Below, in pieces: positions 18,768-28,717 of a stretch of 64,000 nucleotides of DNA. The notes under the pieces are model-generated. The model had not been told where the DNA came from. It searched no databases and saw only the letters and a program-made list of their open reading frames with translations. The translations under genes and the position numbers were made by a program. Source of the DNA: a virus. The stretch lies in IMG/VR virus record IMGVR_UViG_3300025141_013434, positions 32,001 through 96,000 of that record; one strand, written 5' to 3'. Position 1 is the first letter of the stretch. The number at the start of each line of letters is the position of its first letter.

Positions 18768-21700
18768 TTAATCTTCAAAAGCGGCACCGGTTCTTGTAAT
18801 AACAAAATCAATTGCAATAAACTCAATTGCTCTAGCTGGCTTTAAGAAAATCTTAGCATACATTATGTTTCTATCAACCAAGTCAGGGGTTGTGGTCGAC
18901 TCATCGAGAATAACCTTGTAATCTGTTAAGCCAAATCTAGCCTTGACACCGTCAAGGAATGGCTCAACCTGACCCCTAAACCTATTCCAAGTGGACTGTA
19001 CATTCTGGTCAAACAAAAGCCTAGCTGCCATTATGGAAATTTCCTTCTTGAGGTAAATCATGAGCCTTCTGACGTTGATTCTGTCAAGAGCAGACTTTGT
19101 TGTCTGTAGAGTCTTTTGTCCAAAAATGACTATACCTTCTGCGGGGAACGTTGCGATAGGGTTGATGTTGTTTTCATACAAATCATCTCTGTCCTTCGAC
19201 GTAAGCCTTTGCGAGACGCCAAGGACTGGGAGACCAGCAGAGCCCTCTGAGAGCCCGCCTCTCGTAAAGCCAGCAGGGGCGAACCACAACTCTGAATTGC
19301 GCTCTATCGAACCAAACGTGCCGATTGCGACGACAGATGGCGGTACCCAGACACGGCGATCATTTATTTCATCATAGATTTTAACCCAAGGAAAATAAGC
19401 ACAACCATAACTGTTATTGAGGCCCCTCTTTTTGATCTTTGAGACTGCATCTCTTACACTGTTGTTTGTGATCCTTGTCTTAAAGTCATTCGTGTTTTCA
19501 GTACTAGGAGCGTATCCACCATTTTCGGGGTCAATGACTGCCAAACAATCCGCTCGGTCTTCTGCCGTGTTGAGAACATGATTTGTGATCAACGGGGCTC
19601 TCACACCAGGGACCGACAACATGTTAATTTCTACAACTTCAGGATCTGACACCGAGTCAATTGCCCTCTTAATAGAATGAGCATGAGCGTTTGATTTGAA
19701 GGCCAAGCCTGTTGTACCTAACCCAGAAGTGCCGCCGTGGAAAGGTTCCCTCTCTTTGACGTTTAGCCCATCAATACCGCCGAAAATCGGAGATGTAAAT
19801 CTGTCGAAACCTGTTTCCAGAAGATCTTTCCAGCTATTTCTTCTAGCTGTGTAAGAAGCGCCCAGGGCCCTAGAGCCTGAAACGTAAACTGCAGTCGATG
19901 CTTCGAACGGTCTCGAACCGGTTGCGAACGCTGCGGTACCGCCGTTGACACACAAATCATCCAAAGTAAAAACGAAGGAATCTTCTGTGAGTGACCCCGC
20001 ATCGTACTGTGCAGAGTTAGTCAAACCCTTACCGCCGCGGACAATGTCTATAACAGACTCATCAAACCGGTCACTCGCCTGTGCACGGTAAGTGCTCATT
20101 CCCCAGTAAGCATTCTTTTGATCGGACAAGCCCTCGTCCGAAGAGGAGATCCTCAAAGGAAGTGATGGGAAAACAATCTTTCCCTCTGTGAGTCGGTCCA
20201 TACCGAATATCCAATGGTCCGGACTCGACTGGGATACTACTACACCCGTATTTGTAAAATAGTTATTGGTAGACGGAGCGGCCATCAATGAACCGGTTCG
20301 AGCGATGCTAGAACCAGGATTTCTATTCGCCGTACTTCCGCTGCCCGGGTATGGCTGCCAATCCTTGGTTTCAAAGGTTGCCGTCTTAAATCTCGGAGGA
20401 CCGTAAAAGCCAAACGGGACGAACTGTGGATCGGTCGCGCCTTCGTCGACATTGGCATCTACCACAACTCTAATAAACCTGGACTGATTTGGATATTGAC
20501 CATAGGCCCTATATCTATTAGCAGCGGTGTCCCATTCCTGGTACATGTCCCCTACCTTTATCCCTATGTAATTACTAGAATTAGGATTAAGATTGCAGTT
20601 GCCATAAGATTCCACGACTTGTGGGGCCGAGTCCTTATCTCTAAGTCTTCTAACCTCTACTGTGAATGTTCCATATGGGTCGTTATCATTGCCCGCCTTT
20701 ACGTCCTTGATAGAAATTTTCAGATTTGTACAACCCCAAGTACCATCATCCAAAGTTACAAACCGGAATAGCTTCTGGGGCTGCTTCTTCGGGCCGAAAG
20801 CCGAACCTGAAACAGTAGTTATGTCTTGCGAAATAAACCAGCCTGTCTTTCCGGGTTGTGTGTCTAGTTGATTAACTGACCAGTCGACTGTGCCCTTTTT
20901 AAGTGGCATAATGACACCATAAAGAGAGCTTGCGCCCGCAGTGCCGCCCACAAACTGATCAGTCTTGTTGTGGAGGTCATACACCGACCTTTCGAAGGTC
21001 TCTCCAAGGAAGTATCTCTTGCGAGCTGTAGTCGATATCGTATTCGTACTCATTAGGCCGGGATTAGTATTGAACACCTTTCGAATATAGTTATCACTAT
21101 TTCTATTGAAATTGAAGACAACCTTTTCTTTATTTCCAATGGCTGTATTATCCCAAAGCCACCCAGTGAACTCAAATTTTTCAGTGTCCGTGGACTTAAC
21201 AGCTGTTACCGAACCCGAAGCTACGGTAGGATGGTTGGCCGAGGCCAAAACAATGTTGCTGCCATTTCCCTTATCTGTGGCAGAGCCGGAACCAACCAAC
21301 GAACCAGACAGTGCAATGCCGCCTGCATCAAAATACCAGACCGCGGCCAGAGAACCTGTCGTTTGGCGGCTGCCTGTAATAACTTGATTTCCGAAAGCGC
21401 AAGCGCCTCGTCGGTCGTATCGTTTTGCCGATGTTGATCCCGAAGAAAAGAGAAATAAGCCGAGTGCACCACCGGAGGTAGTCGGGGTTCCCCCAACAGA
21501 TGAATAGGTCGTCTTCCAGCCAGCTTCGCCGTTTGTTACTTTAGCCGGATCTGCCACGCCCAACAAACGAACAAAAGTAACCGGAGAAGAATTTCTTAAA
21601 TAAGCCTGTGCGGCATACGCAGCATAAGTGGGCGCGCCACGGTCGCCGTCTCTCCAAACGTCGCTAGTGCCGCCTCCGCCTGGAACGGGTTCACCAAAGA

Positions 21701-21872
21701 TCTCAACAAACTCGGACATAGAGCCAACGGTAACGGGTCTAAGCGAGGGGCCGCGAAGGGAGCGGCCGATGACACAAGGCCCGATGGGATCCGGAACGGC
21801 TGGCAGCTGAGAGTTGTCAATCTCGTTGATGAAAACTCCCGGTGAGACAAATTTAAATCTTCTAACGGACAT
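18768..21872 (-). CDS. Tail sheath protein (gp18-like, contractile)
   Basis: FVSPGVFINEID, WFAPAGFTRG, LYENNINPIATFP, GQKTLQ, LDRINVRRL, KPARAIEFIAIDF. Confidence 0.95.
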   Translation of the reverse strand: MSVRRFKFVSPGVFINEIDNSQLPAVPDPIGPCVIGRSLRGPSLRPVTVGSMSEFVEIFGEPVPGGGGTSDVWRDGDRGAPTYAAYAAQAYLRNSSPVTFVRLLGVADPAKVTNGEAGWKTTYSSVGGTPTTSGGALGLFLFSSGSTSAKRYDRRGACAFGNQVITGSRQTTGSLAAVWYFDAGGIALSGSLVGSGSATDKGNGSNIVLASANHPTVASGSVTAVKSTDTEKFEFTGWLWDNTAIGNKEKVVFNFNRNSDNYIRKVFNTNPGLMSTNTISTTARKRYFLGETFERSVYDLHNKTDQFVGGTAGASSLYGVIMPLKKGTVDWSVNQLDTQPGKTGWFISQDITTVSGSAFGPKKQPQKLFRFVTLDDGTWGCTNLKISIKDVKAGNDNDPYGTFTVEVRRLRDKDSAPQVVESYGNCNLNPNSSNYIGIKVGDMYQEWDTAANRYRAYGQYPNQSRFIRVVVDANVDEGATDPQFVPFGFYGPPRFKTATFETKDWQPYPGSGSTANRNPGSSIARTGSLMAAPSTNNYFTNTGVVVSQSSPDHWIFGMDRLTEGKIVFPSLPLRISSSDEGLSDQKNAYWGMSTYRAQASDRFDESVIDIVRGGKGLTNSAQYDAGSLTEDSFVFTLDDLCVNGGTAAFATGSRPFEASTAVYVSGSRALGASYTARRNSWKDLLETGFDRFTSPIFGGIDGLNVKEREPFHGGTSGLGTTGLAFKSNAHAHSIKRAIDSVSDPEVVEINMLSVPGVRAPLITNHVLNTAEDRADCLAVIDPENGGYAPSTENTNDFKTRITNNSVRDAVSKIKKRGLNNSYGCAYFPWVKIYDEINDRRVWVPPSVVAIGTFGSIERNSELWFAPAGFTRGGLSEGSAGLPVLGVSQRLTSKDRDDLYENNINPIATFPAEGIVIFGQKTLQTTKSALDRINVRRLMIYLKKEISIMAARLLFDQNVQSTWNRFRGQVEPFLDGVKARFGLTDYKVILDESTTTPDLVDRNIMYAKIFLKPARAIEFIAIDFVITRTGAAFED

Positions 21873-21927
21873 GTTGAATTCTCCTTAAACGATCACTGTC
21901 GAATGGACACTAATACTTCTTCATAAA

Positions 21928-21935
21928 TAAATAGT
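21928..21935 (-). promoter_or_regulatory. Putative late promoter motif ACTATTTA
   Basis: Between the terminator and the sheath start. Confidence 0.6.
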
Positions 21936-21961
21936 ATTTAACTAGCCAAAACGCATCGAAT

Positions 21962-21993
21962 AAAAAGGGCCTGCTGGAAAAACCAGCAGGCCC
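21962..21993 (-). terminator. Intrinsic terminator
   Basis: 11-bp stem GGGCCTGCTGG/CCAGCAGGCCC with TTTTT downstream on the minus strand. Confidence 0.85.
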
Positions 21994-22015
21994 ATGACAG
22001 TTAAAATTTATAATC

Positions 22016-25000
22016 TCAGCTGTTAGTACCGGAACCTGACAAATAAGTCACCGTTAGGACATCATCAGAATCCAATGCAAGGTCATCATGGAGATATACC
22101 TTATATGCATTAGCAGAACCAGTTGACAAATGATAATCTGCACCCGGGGATTGGTTGTCTGGCATATGGGTAATGTGGTCTCCGTGCAAAAGAACACCAT
22201 TCAGGTACACCATCAAACTACCAGACATGGGCTGCGCACCCAGGGAAGCAGTGAGATATGGAGTAGGAACGGCTTTCGATGCAAACATACCACTAGTAGG
22301 CACTGAGCCACTAATGTTTGAACCATCAGCTCGGACGAAAATATCCTTTCTCCAGCCAACACTAAGTCGACCAGAAGTAAAGGTTATACCACCGTTTGCA
22401 TCAGTCTTATTGATAACAATATCTTGATGAAGCTTCGCCTTAGTTACCGCCAAAGAGCCAATTTGTGGCGCGGTAACTGAGCCAGTCTGTATGTTGTCCA
22501 CAGTGACAATAGCAGTACCGTGAAGTGCATCAATGTAGCCAGCGTCGACGTGGAGTTCTGCCCACTGCAAGGCACTAGTACCCAGGTCTCTTGCACTATC
22601 AGTAGACGGGACCAAGTCAGAGTCGAAGCGACCCGTAGCAGTGATAGTGTCCGAAGTAGCATTACCGAGGTCAACATCACCAGTTGCAGACAGTGTAGTA
22701 ACAGTTGCTGCAGCAGCAGTGTTAGCACCAAGGATGCCATCAACATTAGTTGCAGTAACAGTGTCAATGTGACCAGTGTCTATATGAGCTTCAGCAAATT
22801 GCTTTGCAGAAGTACCAAGGTCAACTTTGCTATCGTTCTGAGGCACAAGGTCTGTGATGAGACCACCAACAATGGCGATGTCATCCGCTAGTGCATTACC
22901 AATCATCATACCACCGGAGGCGGTCAATGAAGTTATAGTTACCTGCCCGGCAACAACCTTGTCAGCAGTAGCAGTGTGGAAAGTACCAGACGCACCAGAA
23001 ACTGATGTCGAGCCAACAAGTTTCACACCACTAACTTTACCTGTCGAAATGTGGCCAAGTTCTGCTCTCTTAGCTTGCAAGAGAGAACCAGAAACAGAAC
23101 CAGTAACGCCAAAGCGCATGCCGGCTGTACCAACCGCTGCCATAGTGTCGGAACCAGAAACAAAGCTCGCGCCTGACTGGCCGCCAACGTTGACAAGCAA
23201 TGCGTCACCAGGAGTGGCTGCAACTCTCGTACCCAACGTCAAAGACATGAGAGGAGAAGAACCAGTTCCCTGTACACCGACCTTGCCACCAAGTTGAAAA
23301 CCTGCTCCGACATAGTCGCCTCCCTTAGAACCGGAAACACCCGCAATAATCAAGTTATCCTTGATTTCTAGCGAATCTTTAGTAACGGTTCTGGAAACAA
23401 TCGTATCAACGTCCAAAGACGTGATCTTTGCAAAAGAGGCCGTCAGTGCAGTTGCAACAATCGTGTCAATGTTGCCAGTGTCAATGTGAGCTTCAGCCCA
23501 TTGCTTGGCACTAGTACCCAGGTCTCTCGCACTATCAGTAGACGGAATCAAATCCGAATCAAACTGACCTGTGCAAGTAATGGTATCTGAAGTAGCATTA
23601 CCGAGGTCAACATCGCCAGTTGCACTCAGGGAGGTGACTGTTGCGGCTGCAGCAGTGTTCGCACCAAGAATACCATCAACATTAGTTGCTGTTACTGTAT
23701 CGATATGGCCAGTGTCGATGTGGGCTTCAGCAAATTGCTTTGTAGAAGTACCAAGGTCGACCTTGCTATCGTTCTGGGGAACAAGATCTGTGATCAAGCC
23801 ACCCAAGATTGAAAGGTCGTCAGTGACCGCAGTACCAAGCATTACACCGTTTGAGGCTGTCAAACTATTGACTGTAGCTCCACCGAAGACAGCGTCGTCA
23901 CCAGTAAGATCATGGAAGTTACCAGTTGCACCGGAAACACTGTTTGATCCAACTACGTCATAAACGCTAGCAACAGCATTTGCTGCACCACCAACATAAT
24001 AAGTTGTGCCGCCACCAAGCAAAATCTTGGAAGTAGCATTTCTTACCTGCATGTCTGCATTACGACCACCAAAGATAGCAGTCGAACCAGAGTAGATGGT
24101 AACAGTGTCAGCACTATTATTCGAATCAAAGCGAATGCTGCCGCGGCCATCGCCGTCGATGAAAGCACCAGTGGTGCCAATTGCAACGCCTGATTTACCG
24201 TGACCAATAACACCAACACCACTCTTCACACCCATGGTAAAATAATTTGTACCCGCGATCTTGAAGTTAAGTGCCTGAGCGTCAAGAGCCACAGTACCTC
24301 TGGTGTTACTAGTACCTTTTGATTTAACAGTGAGGATTGGCTTGTCAGGCGTACCTGAGTTGTAAATTACTGATGAGGTAGCACTACCAATAGCCAAACA
24401 AGCGCCGGATAAGTTCGTGCCCGAGTTGTCACCAATGACAAAAGCATATGCGTTATTGGTATTGGTGTCGAAGCCCGACTCACCTTGGCCGTGCGACGAT
24501 GTAATGTTAACGACAGTTGCATAATAATTACCACCGTTATCAACGGTCTTCAATCTAATGCCCAGTTCACCAACTTCACTCTGAATCTGTGCAGCATCAT
24601 CGCTAGCAACGTCATGCCAGAGAGTCATAAAGTGGGTTCCCTTTGCCAGGAACTGGTGACCTGTGGTTTGTGTCGTACTACCTACGTTATATTCTATTTC
24701 CCTATTGGAGCCTGAGCCAATGTTAATCCAACATGGCAGATTGCCGCCGCCGAGACCGCGGGCAATAAGGTTGATGGATGAATTGACTCCACTGCCCGGG
24801 CCATGAGATACAACTCTCAATTCGCCTTGGGCCGGTGACCAAACCTGAACGTTTGATCCCGATACATTTTCTGCTTGAAAAATAAGCTGGCGGCCGTTGC
24901 TGCCCGTCAAATTGTGTCCATCAGTTTTCCAATCAAGCAGGCCACCCAGGGAGCCATTATGATTAAACTGAATTGAGCCTGACGTACCTGCAACAGCGGA

Positions 25001-25234
25001 ACCACTGTTTATGTATGCTTTGAGGTCGCCGGCTTCGATGCCTCTAACCGTATCTGCGCTAGTGTCGTGAAGAGCTACGATATCGCCATCAGCGATAACA
25101 CCACCCCACGCAGGGCCGCCGCCCTCGGTCTTTATAAAGTTTAAGTGACCTATCTCAATCGAACCGGAAGCAATGGCATCTCTTTTAACGCCTCCGGTGG
25201 CGATAAGCCTTGAATCTATCTTTGTTCTTGCCAT
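22016..25234 (-). CDS. Fibre-like virion protein with internal repeats
   Basis: 1072 aa, G/S/T/A-rich, repeated DL(V/I)P..DS..DLGTS.KQ(F/W)AE.H(I/V)D modules, C-terminal VYLNG...DY...LTVTY beta-domain. Confidence 0.7.
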   Translation of the reverse strand: MARTKIDSRLIATGGVKRDAIASGSIEIGHLNFIKTEGGGPAWGGVIADGDIVALHDTSADTVRGIEAGDLKAYINSGSAVAGTSGSIQFNHNGSLGGLLDWKTDGHNLTGSNGRQLIFQAENVSGSNVQVWSPAQGELRVVSHGPGSGVNSSINLIARGLGGGNLPCWINIGSGSNREIEYNVGSTTQTTGHQFLAKGTHFMTLWHDVASDDAAQIQSEVGELGIRLKTVDNGGNYYATVVNITSSHGQGESGFDTNTNNAYAFVIGDNSGTNLSGACLAIGSATSSVIYNSGTPDKPILTVKSKGTSNTRGTVALDAQALNFKIAGTNYFTMGVKSGVGVIGHGKSGVAIGTTGAFIDGDGRGSIRFDSNNSADTVTIYSGSTAIFGGRNADMQVRNATSKILLGGGTTYYVGGAANAVASVYDVVGSNSVSGATGNFHDLTGDDAVFGGATVNSLTASNGVMLGTAVTDDLSILGGLITDLVPQNDSKVDLGTSTKQFAEAHIDTGHIDTVTATNVDGILGANTAAAATVTSLSATGDVDLGNATSDTITCTGQFDSDLIPSTDSARDLGTSAKQWAEAHIDTGNIDTIVATALTASFAKITSLDVDTIVSRTVTKDSLEIKDNLIIAGVSGSKGGDYVGAGFQLGGKVGVQGTGSSPLMSLTLGTRVAATPGDALLVNVGGQSGASFVSGSDTMAAVGTAGMRFGVTGSVSGSLLQAKRAELGHISTGKVSGVKLVGSTSVSGASGTFHTATADKVVAGQVTITSLTASGGMMIGNALADDIAIVGGLITDLVPQNDSKVDLGTSAKQFAEAHIDTGHIDTVTATNVDGILGANTAAAATVTTLSATGDVDLGNATSDTITATGRFDSDLVPSTDSARDLGTSALQWAELHVDAGYIDALHGTAIVTVDNIQTGSVTAPQIGSLAVTKAKLHQDIVINKTDANGGITFTSGRLSVGWRKDIFVRADGSNISGSVPTSGMFASKAVPTPYLTASLGAQPMSGSLMVYLNGVLLHGDHITHMPDNQSPGADYHLSTGSANAYKVYLHDDLALDSDDVLTVTYLSGSGTNS
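22539..23806 (-). repeat. Internal duplication of about 110 aa (approx. 23474-23806 and 22539-22868)
   Basis: GGLITDLVPQNDSKVDLGTS...NVDGILGANTAAAATVT.LSATGDVDLGNATSDTIT..G.FDSDL.PSTDSARDLGTSA.QWAE occurs twice. Confidence 0.9.
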
Positions 25235-25307
25235 TTTGTATATAATCTCCTGTTGTTGTTGGGGTCATTTTGACCCATTAAGAACAACCTTAAGAAAACA
25301 AAAACTA

Positions 25308-25535
25308 TCAGGAAAACAAAACTTTCTTTAAATTTCTAATATTATTATCAAACTTGCAAAAATCAGAATTAAGGAATTCAACTGAAAGGGAACTGCAAAC
25401 AGAATTGGAATCATCGAATTCGAAATGGAAACGGCCGGTGGAAAGACGATGACACTTCAATATTGATACCCCTTTAAGCTGCAAATAAGCGGCTATACCT
25501 ATATCTGACGTAATGTATCTTTTGTCTTCTGACAC
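25308..25535 (-). CDS. DUF5659-like small protein
   Basis: TSDIGIAAYL.LKG...F.F pattern. Confidence 0.5.
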   Translation of the reverse strand: MSEDKRYITSDIGIAAYLQLKGVSILKCHRLSTGRFHFEFDDSNSVCSSLSVEFLNSDFCKFDNNIRNLKKVLFS

Positions 25536-25575
25536 CTTCTAAAATCCCCATCTCATCTATTTGTTATACTCTTAC

Positions 25576-26100
25576 TTAACTAGGGTCATTTTTTATGAAG
25601 GCACCTTTTGTTTGATTATCGTTAGGAAAAACCAGAGTATAGCCAGACTCAGGATCTAGAGGAAAAGCGCTTTGAAGTTCTTCCATTTTTTTGTTCAAAG
25701 CGCTTTGAGCTAGCTCTATTTCATCCAAAAGCCTCTCTTTGTCCACCTCATAAGCCTGTAACAGCAAACCCAACGAAGATATTAGTTCTTTTAATCTTGT
25801 CCTTACGGAAATTATAAAATCAATATCCCCTTCTTCTATTTCAAAATATGAATCATCTATCTCGGGCTCGGGTTCGGGCTCGGGTTCTGGTTCGAGATCT
25901 AAATCTCCAGAAATCAGCTTTCCACCTCTTATTACATATTTGGGATTTGAGACCTCTTCGGAAACCTCTTCTTCAACTTCTTCTACTAGAGCCTCTTCGT
26001 CCAAAAGAACGTCCAGGGCCTTGTTGGCCTTGTCGTGCATATCTGGACTTGTCTCCTTGAGGTGTTCTAACAAATTTATTAATTTATCTAACGCTGACAT
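25576..26100 (-). CDS. Hypothetical acidic protein with PE repeat
   Basis: AAGGAG RBS, late motif upstream, EPEPEPEPEPE linker. Confidence 0.65.
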   Translation of the reverse strand: MSALDKLINLLEHLKETSPDMHDKANKALDVLLDEEALVEEVEEEVSEEVSNPKYVIRGGKLISGDLDLEPEPEPEPEPEIDDSYFEIEEGDIDFIISVRTRLKELISSLGLLLQAYEVDKERLLDEIELAQSALNKKMEELQSAFPLDPESGYTLVFPNDNQTKGAFIKNDPS

Positions 26101-26132
26101 ATTATGCTCCTTGAATAAAACAGATTCAAATA

Positions 26133-26140
26133 TAAATAGT
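26133..26140 (-). promoter_or_regulatory. Putative late promoter motif ACTATTTA
   Basis: Upstream of the 26100 start. Confidence 0.55.
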
Positions 26141-27363
26141 CAGCTGCCGGCGGTTATAACATAACTAATCAAAAGATTCTCATCACCGCCGGGGGCTTCT
26201 GTGAATGTTATGGTCGTACCGTTATCATCAACAGTATAGTCAAAGTTGACACCAAGGGTCATCAAAAGCCCACCCCTGAAAACCATTTCCGTTCCCACAA
26301 CGAAAGTATGAAGTGTAGTGAAGGACGTCCTAGTGCCATTTGGAGATTGGTTAAATTTTATTCTTGCAACATAATTATCTGTCGTCATCACATTCCCGCC
26401 CGCTTTCGCGCCAGAAGAAGTCGAAGTCGACGGGCCCGCTTTTGCGTTTCCTGCAAACTGAAATCTGGATGGCAACTCTTTTCTTGTCTCCTCTTTTACG
26501 ACTCCTGCAAGACCATAGAACCTTCCCCTTTCGTGCTCGGGGTGATCACCAAAAACAAGCCGTTCTCTGGGAATTTTTATCTCTACAGCATTCTCTCTTA
26601 TGGCGAACTTCGGTTGCTTTTGATTTTTACCATCCCCTATAAGATAAGCTAAAACTTTTATTTGTATTGTAGTTTCCAGCTTTCTTTCCTCGGACGTAAA
26701 CGAAGAAAAGTTATGATTCTGTGTGAAGCCCTCCTGTATAAACCCTTCGTATCTGTGCCCTTCGTTACTTATGAGGATGTAGTTTATAGCGCCGGGGGAT
26801 GTAATAAAAGGAGTTATCAAGTCATTCATCTGCTCTTGAAACTCTGTCCTTACAGTGATCTTATAAGTTAATTCGATATACACCGGCAGGGGTACTGATA
26901 TTGACTCATAGACAATTTTATTATTTTGCATGCCCGGAAAGTTCAATTGTCCGCGCTTTCGCATTGCTGTTCTGTTTGCAAAGTTTGATGTTTTATCTTG
27001 TTTGATTCTTCTGGATATCTGGATTGTTCCGCCTCTTTCGTCTTTGTTTGGCAGAATGTTTGCCCAAAGAGAACCCTTTTTGTTCGGATCCTTAACCATC
27101 TCCGTTCTTTCCAGGGAAACAATCGGCAATATTAGTGTACCGTCCTTGTCTCTAAACGATCTTTCCCTCTTCGAAGAGAGAGATCTTTCGGGAGAAACCC
27201 AAATTACCGGCGATTCTTTGAATCCATCCTTTGTGTCTGTATGTAATTTTAAATCTTTTAAATAATTCAACATTGCCTTATCGACATTCTCTATTGTCGA
27301 GGGCCCGAAGGGGATCGGTTTGTCTTTAAGTGCGCCTGGAGCGGTATCTATAGCAAATGCCAT
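26140..27363 (-). CDS. Tail terminator/neck-like protein (gp15-like), paralog B with an extra C-terminal beta-domain
   Basis: STIENVDKAM, PVIW...ER, LILP.VSLER, PVYIELTY. Position after the neck genes. Confidence 0.55.
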   Translation of the reverse strand: MAFAIDTAPGALKDKPIPFGPSTIENVDKAMLNYLKDLKLHTDTKDGFKESPVIWVSPERSLSSKRERSFRDKDGTLILPIVSLERTEMVKDPNKKGSLWANILPNKDERGGTIQISRRIKQDKTSNFANRTAMRKRGQLNFPGMQNNKIVYESISVPLPVYIELTYKITVRTEFQEQMNDLITPFITSPGAINYILISNEGHRYEGFIQEGFTQNHNFSSFTSEERKLETTIQIKVLAYLIGDGKNQKQPKFAIRENAVEIKIPRERLVFGDHPEHERGRFYGLAGVVKEETRKELPSRFQFAGNAKAGPSTSTSSGAKAGGNVMTTDNYVARIKFNQSPNGTRTSFTTLHTFVVGTEMVFRGGLLMTLGVNFDYTVDDNGTTITFTEAPGGDENLLISYVITAGS

Positions 27364-28232
27364 TATTCAATGTCCTCCAGGCCAGGAAGTCCATAGTAAA
27401 TGCCCCTTTCGTGTTCTGCTTTGTCGCCAAATATAATTCTCTCTCTTGGGATCTTTACTTCTACCGCATTTTCCCTCACCACTATATTGGGTTGGTCTTG
27501 GTTTTTACCTTCGCCAATCAAATAACCTAAAACTTCAATAGTAATTTTTGTTTTATATTTCCTTTCTTCTGAGGTGAAGTTCGCGATATTGTTGTCGTAA
27601 TCAAAATTCTCTTGTATGAATCCCTCATATCTATGATTATCCTTACTGTTCAGAAGTACGTAATTTATTCCACCAGGAGTTGTAACGAAGGGCGACACCA
27701 GTTCATTCATCTGTTGTTGGTATTCCGTCGATAGTATTATTTCATATGTGACTGTCACGTAAACAGGAAGAGGTATGGTTACCGTTTCGTACACTATTCT
27801 TTCATTAGCAGTTGGGAAATTTATCTGTCCCCTCTTTTTCTTAGCATGCCTGTTAGCAAAGGCCCCTGTCTTGTCCTGTTTGATTCTCCTAGCCACGGGT
27901 ATAGCTCCACCCTTTGCGTCCCTTACAGGTAGGATATTGGCCCATACAGAACCCTTCTTGGTGGGGGACTTAATCATGCCAGTTCTCTCTACTGTTACAA
28001 TCGGTAAAATGAGAGAACCATCGGGATCTCTTATTGCTTTATCCTCTTTGCTTTGAAATGCCCTTTCTGCGCCAACCCAAACCACGGGCACCTTTTTCCA
28101 TCCCTTACCAGTAGTTGTTCTGAGATCCATTTGATTGTTTAAGTAGTCCAACATAGATTCATCTATGTGTTCTATAGTTGAACTTGGGAAAGACAGCTCT
28201 TTTAGTTTTGCCAATTTCTCTCTAACTGGCAT
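27363..28232 (-). CDS. Tail terminator/neck-like protein (gp15-like), paralog A
   Basis: STIEHIDESM, VPVVW..AER, LILP.VTVER, PVYVTVTY. Clearly homologous to 26140-27363. Confidence 0.55.
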   Translation of the reverse strand: MPVREKLAKLKELSFPSSTIEHIDESMLDYLNNQMDLRTTTGKGWKKVPVVWVGAERAFQSKEDKAIRDPDGSLILPIVTVERTGMIKSPTKKGSVWANILPVRDAKGGAIPVARRIKQDKTGAFANRHAKKKRGQINFPTANERIVYETVTIPLPVYVTVTYEIILSTEYQQQMNELVSPFVTTPGGINYVLLNSKDNHRYEGFIQENFDYDNNIANFTSEERKYKTKITIEVLGYLIGEGKNQDQPNIVVRENAVEVKIPRERIIFGDKAEHERGIYYGLPGLEDIE

Positions 28233-28710
28233 CGAATAGGCCCTCTCTGGCCTTTACACACTCAGCCGTTATTTCCATCTTGTGTTGAGCTTGACCAAAA
28301 AGTTGACGTGGTTCGTTTAGTGTTACTATTTCATAATAAACGTCGCCATAAAAAACAAAATCGCCTTCTCTGACAAAGACGTTTTGATCTTCTGTCAGTC
28401 TTCTCTTGTGAAAATGTATGTTTATTTTAGGCTTCCTATCGACGCCCAAGTTCGTTGTCTCTGTTTCATACCCCATCCACTCAACAAGAGCGTAAACTCT
28501 TATTGGGCTCAAAAAAGTCTTATGAATCGCTTCTCCATAGACTGGGTGGTAGTTGGTATGTTCAAGGCTTATCGGGTAATATACGACCTGTTGACCTATA
28601 ACTCTTTCTATAAGTTCATCATTAACTTGTTTGACCAAGTCCCTCTCTTTCTTCCCAAGAAATAGAGGAGGTGGTGGTGCCGCGGGTTGTTTCCATTTGT
28701 TATCAGCCAT
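28222..28710 (-). CDS. Neck/head-closure protein (gp14-like)
   Basis: ELIERVIGQQVVYY...YGEA..K.F..P, VREGDFV, YEIV. Follows the gp13-like gene. Confidence 0.7.
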   Translation of the reverse strand: MADNKWKQPAAPPPPLFLGKKERDLVKQVNDELIERVIGQQVVYYPISLEHTNYHPVYGEAIHKTFLSPIRVYALVEWMGYETETTNLGVDRKPKINIHFHKRRLTEDQNVFVREGDFVFYGDVYYEIVTLNEPRQLFGQAQHKMEITAECVKAREGLFDAS

Positions 28711-28717
28711 GTTTTAT

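Noticed and set aside
22539-23806. Repeat pair as a diversity-generating retroelement TR/VR
   Set aside because: Both copies are inside one ORF, the differences are mostly synonymous rather than adenine-specific, and no reverse transcriptase is in the window.
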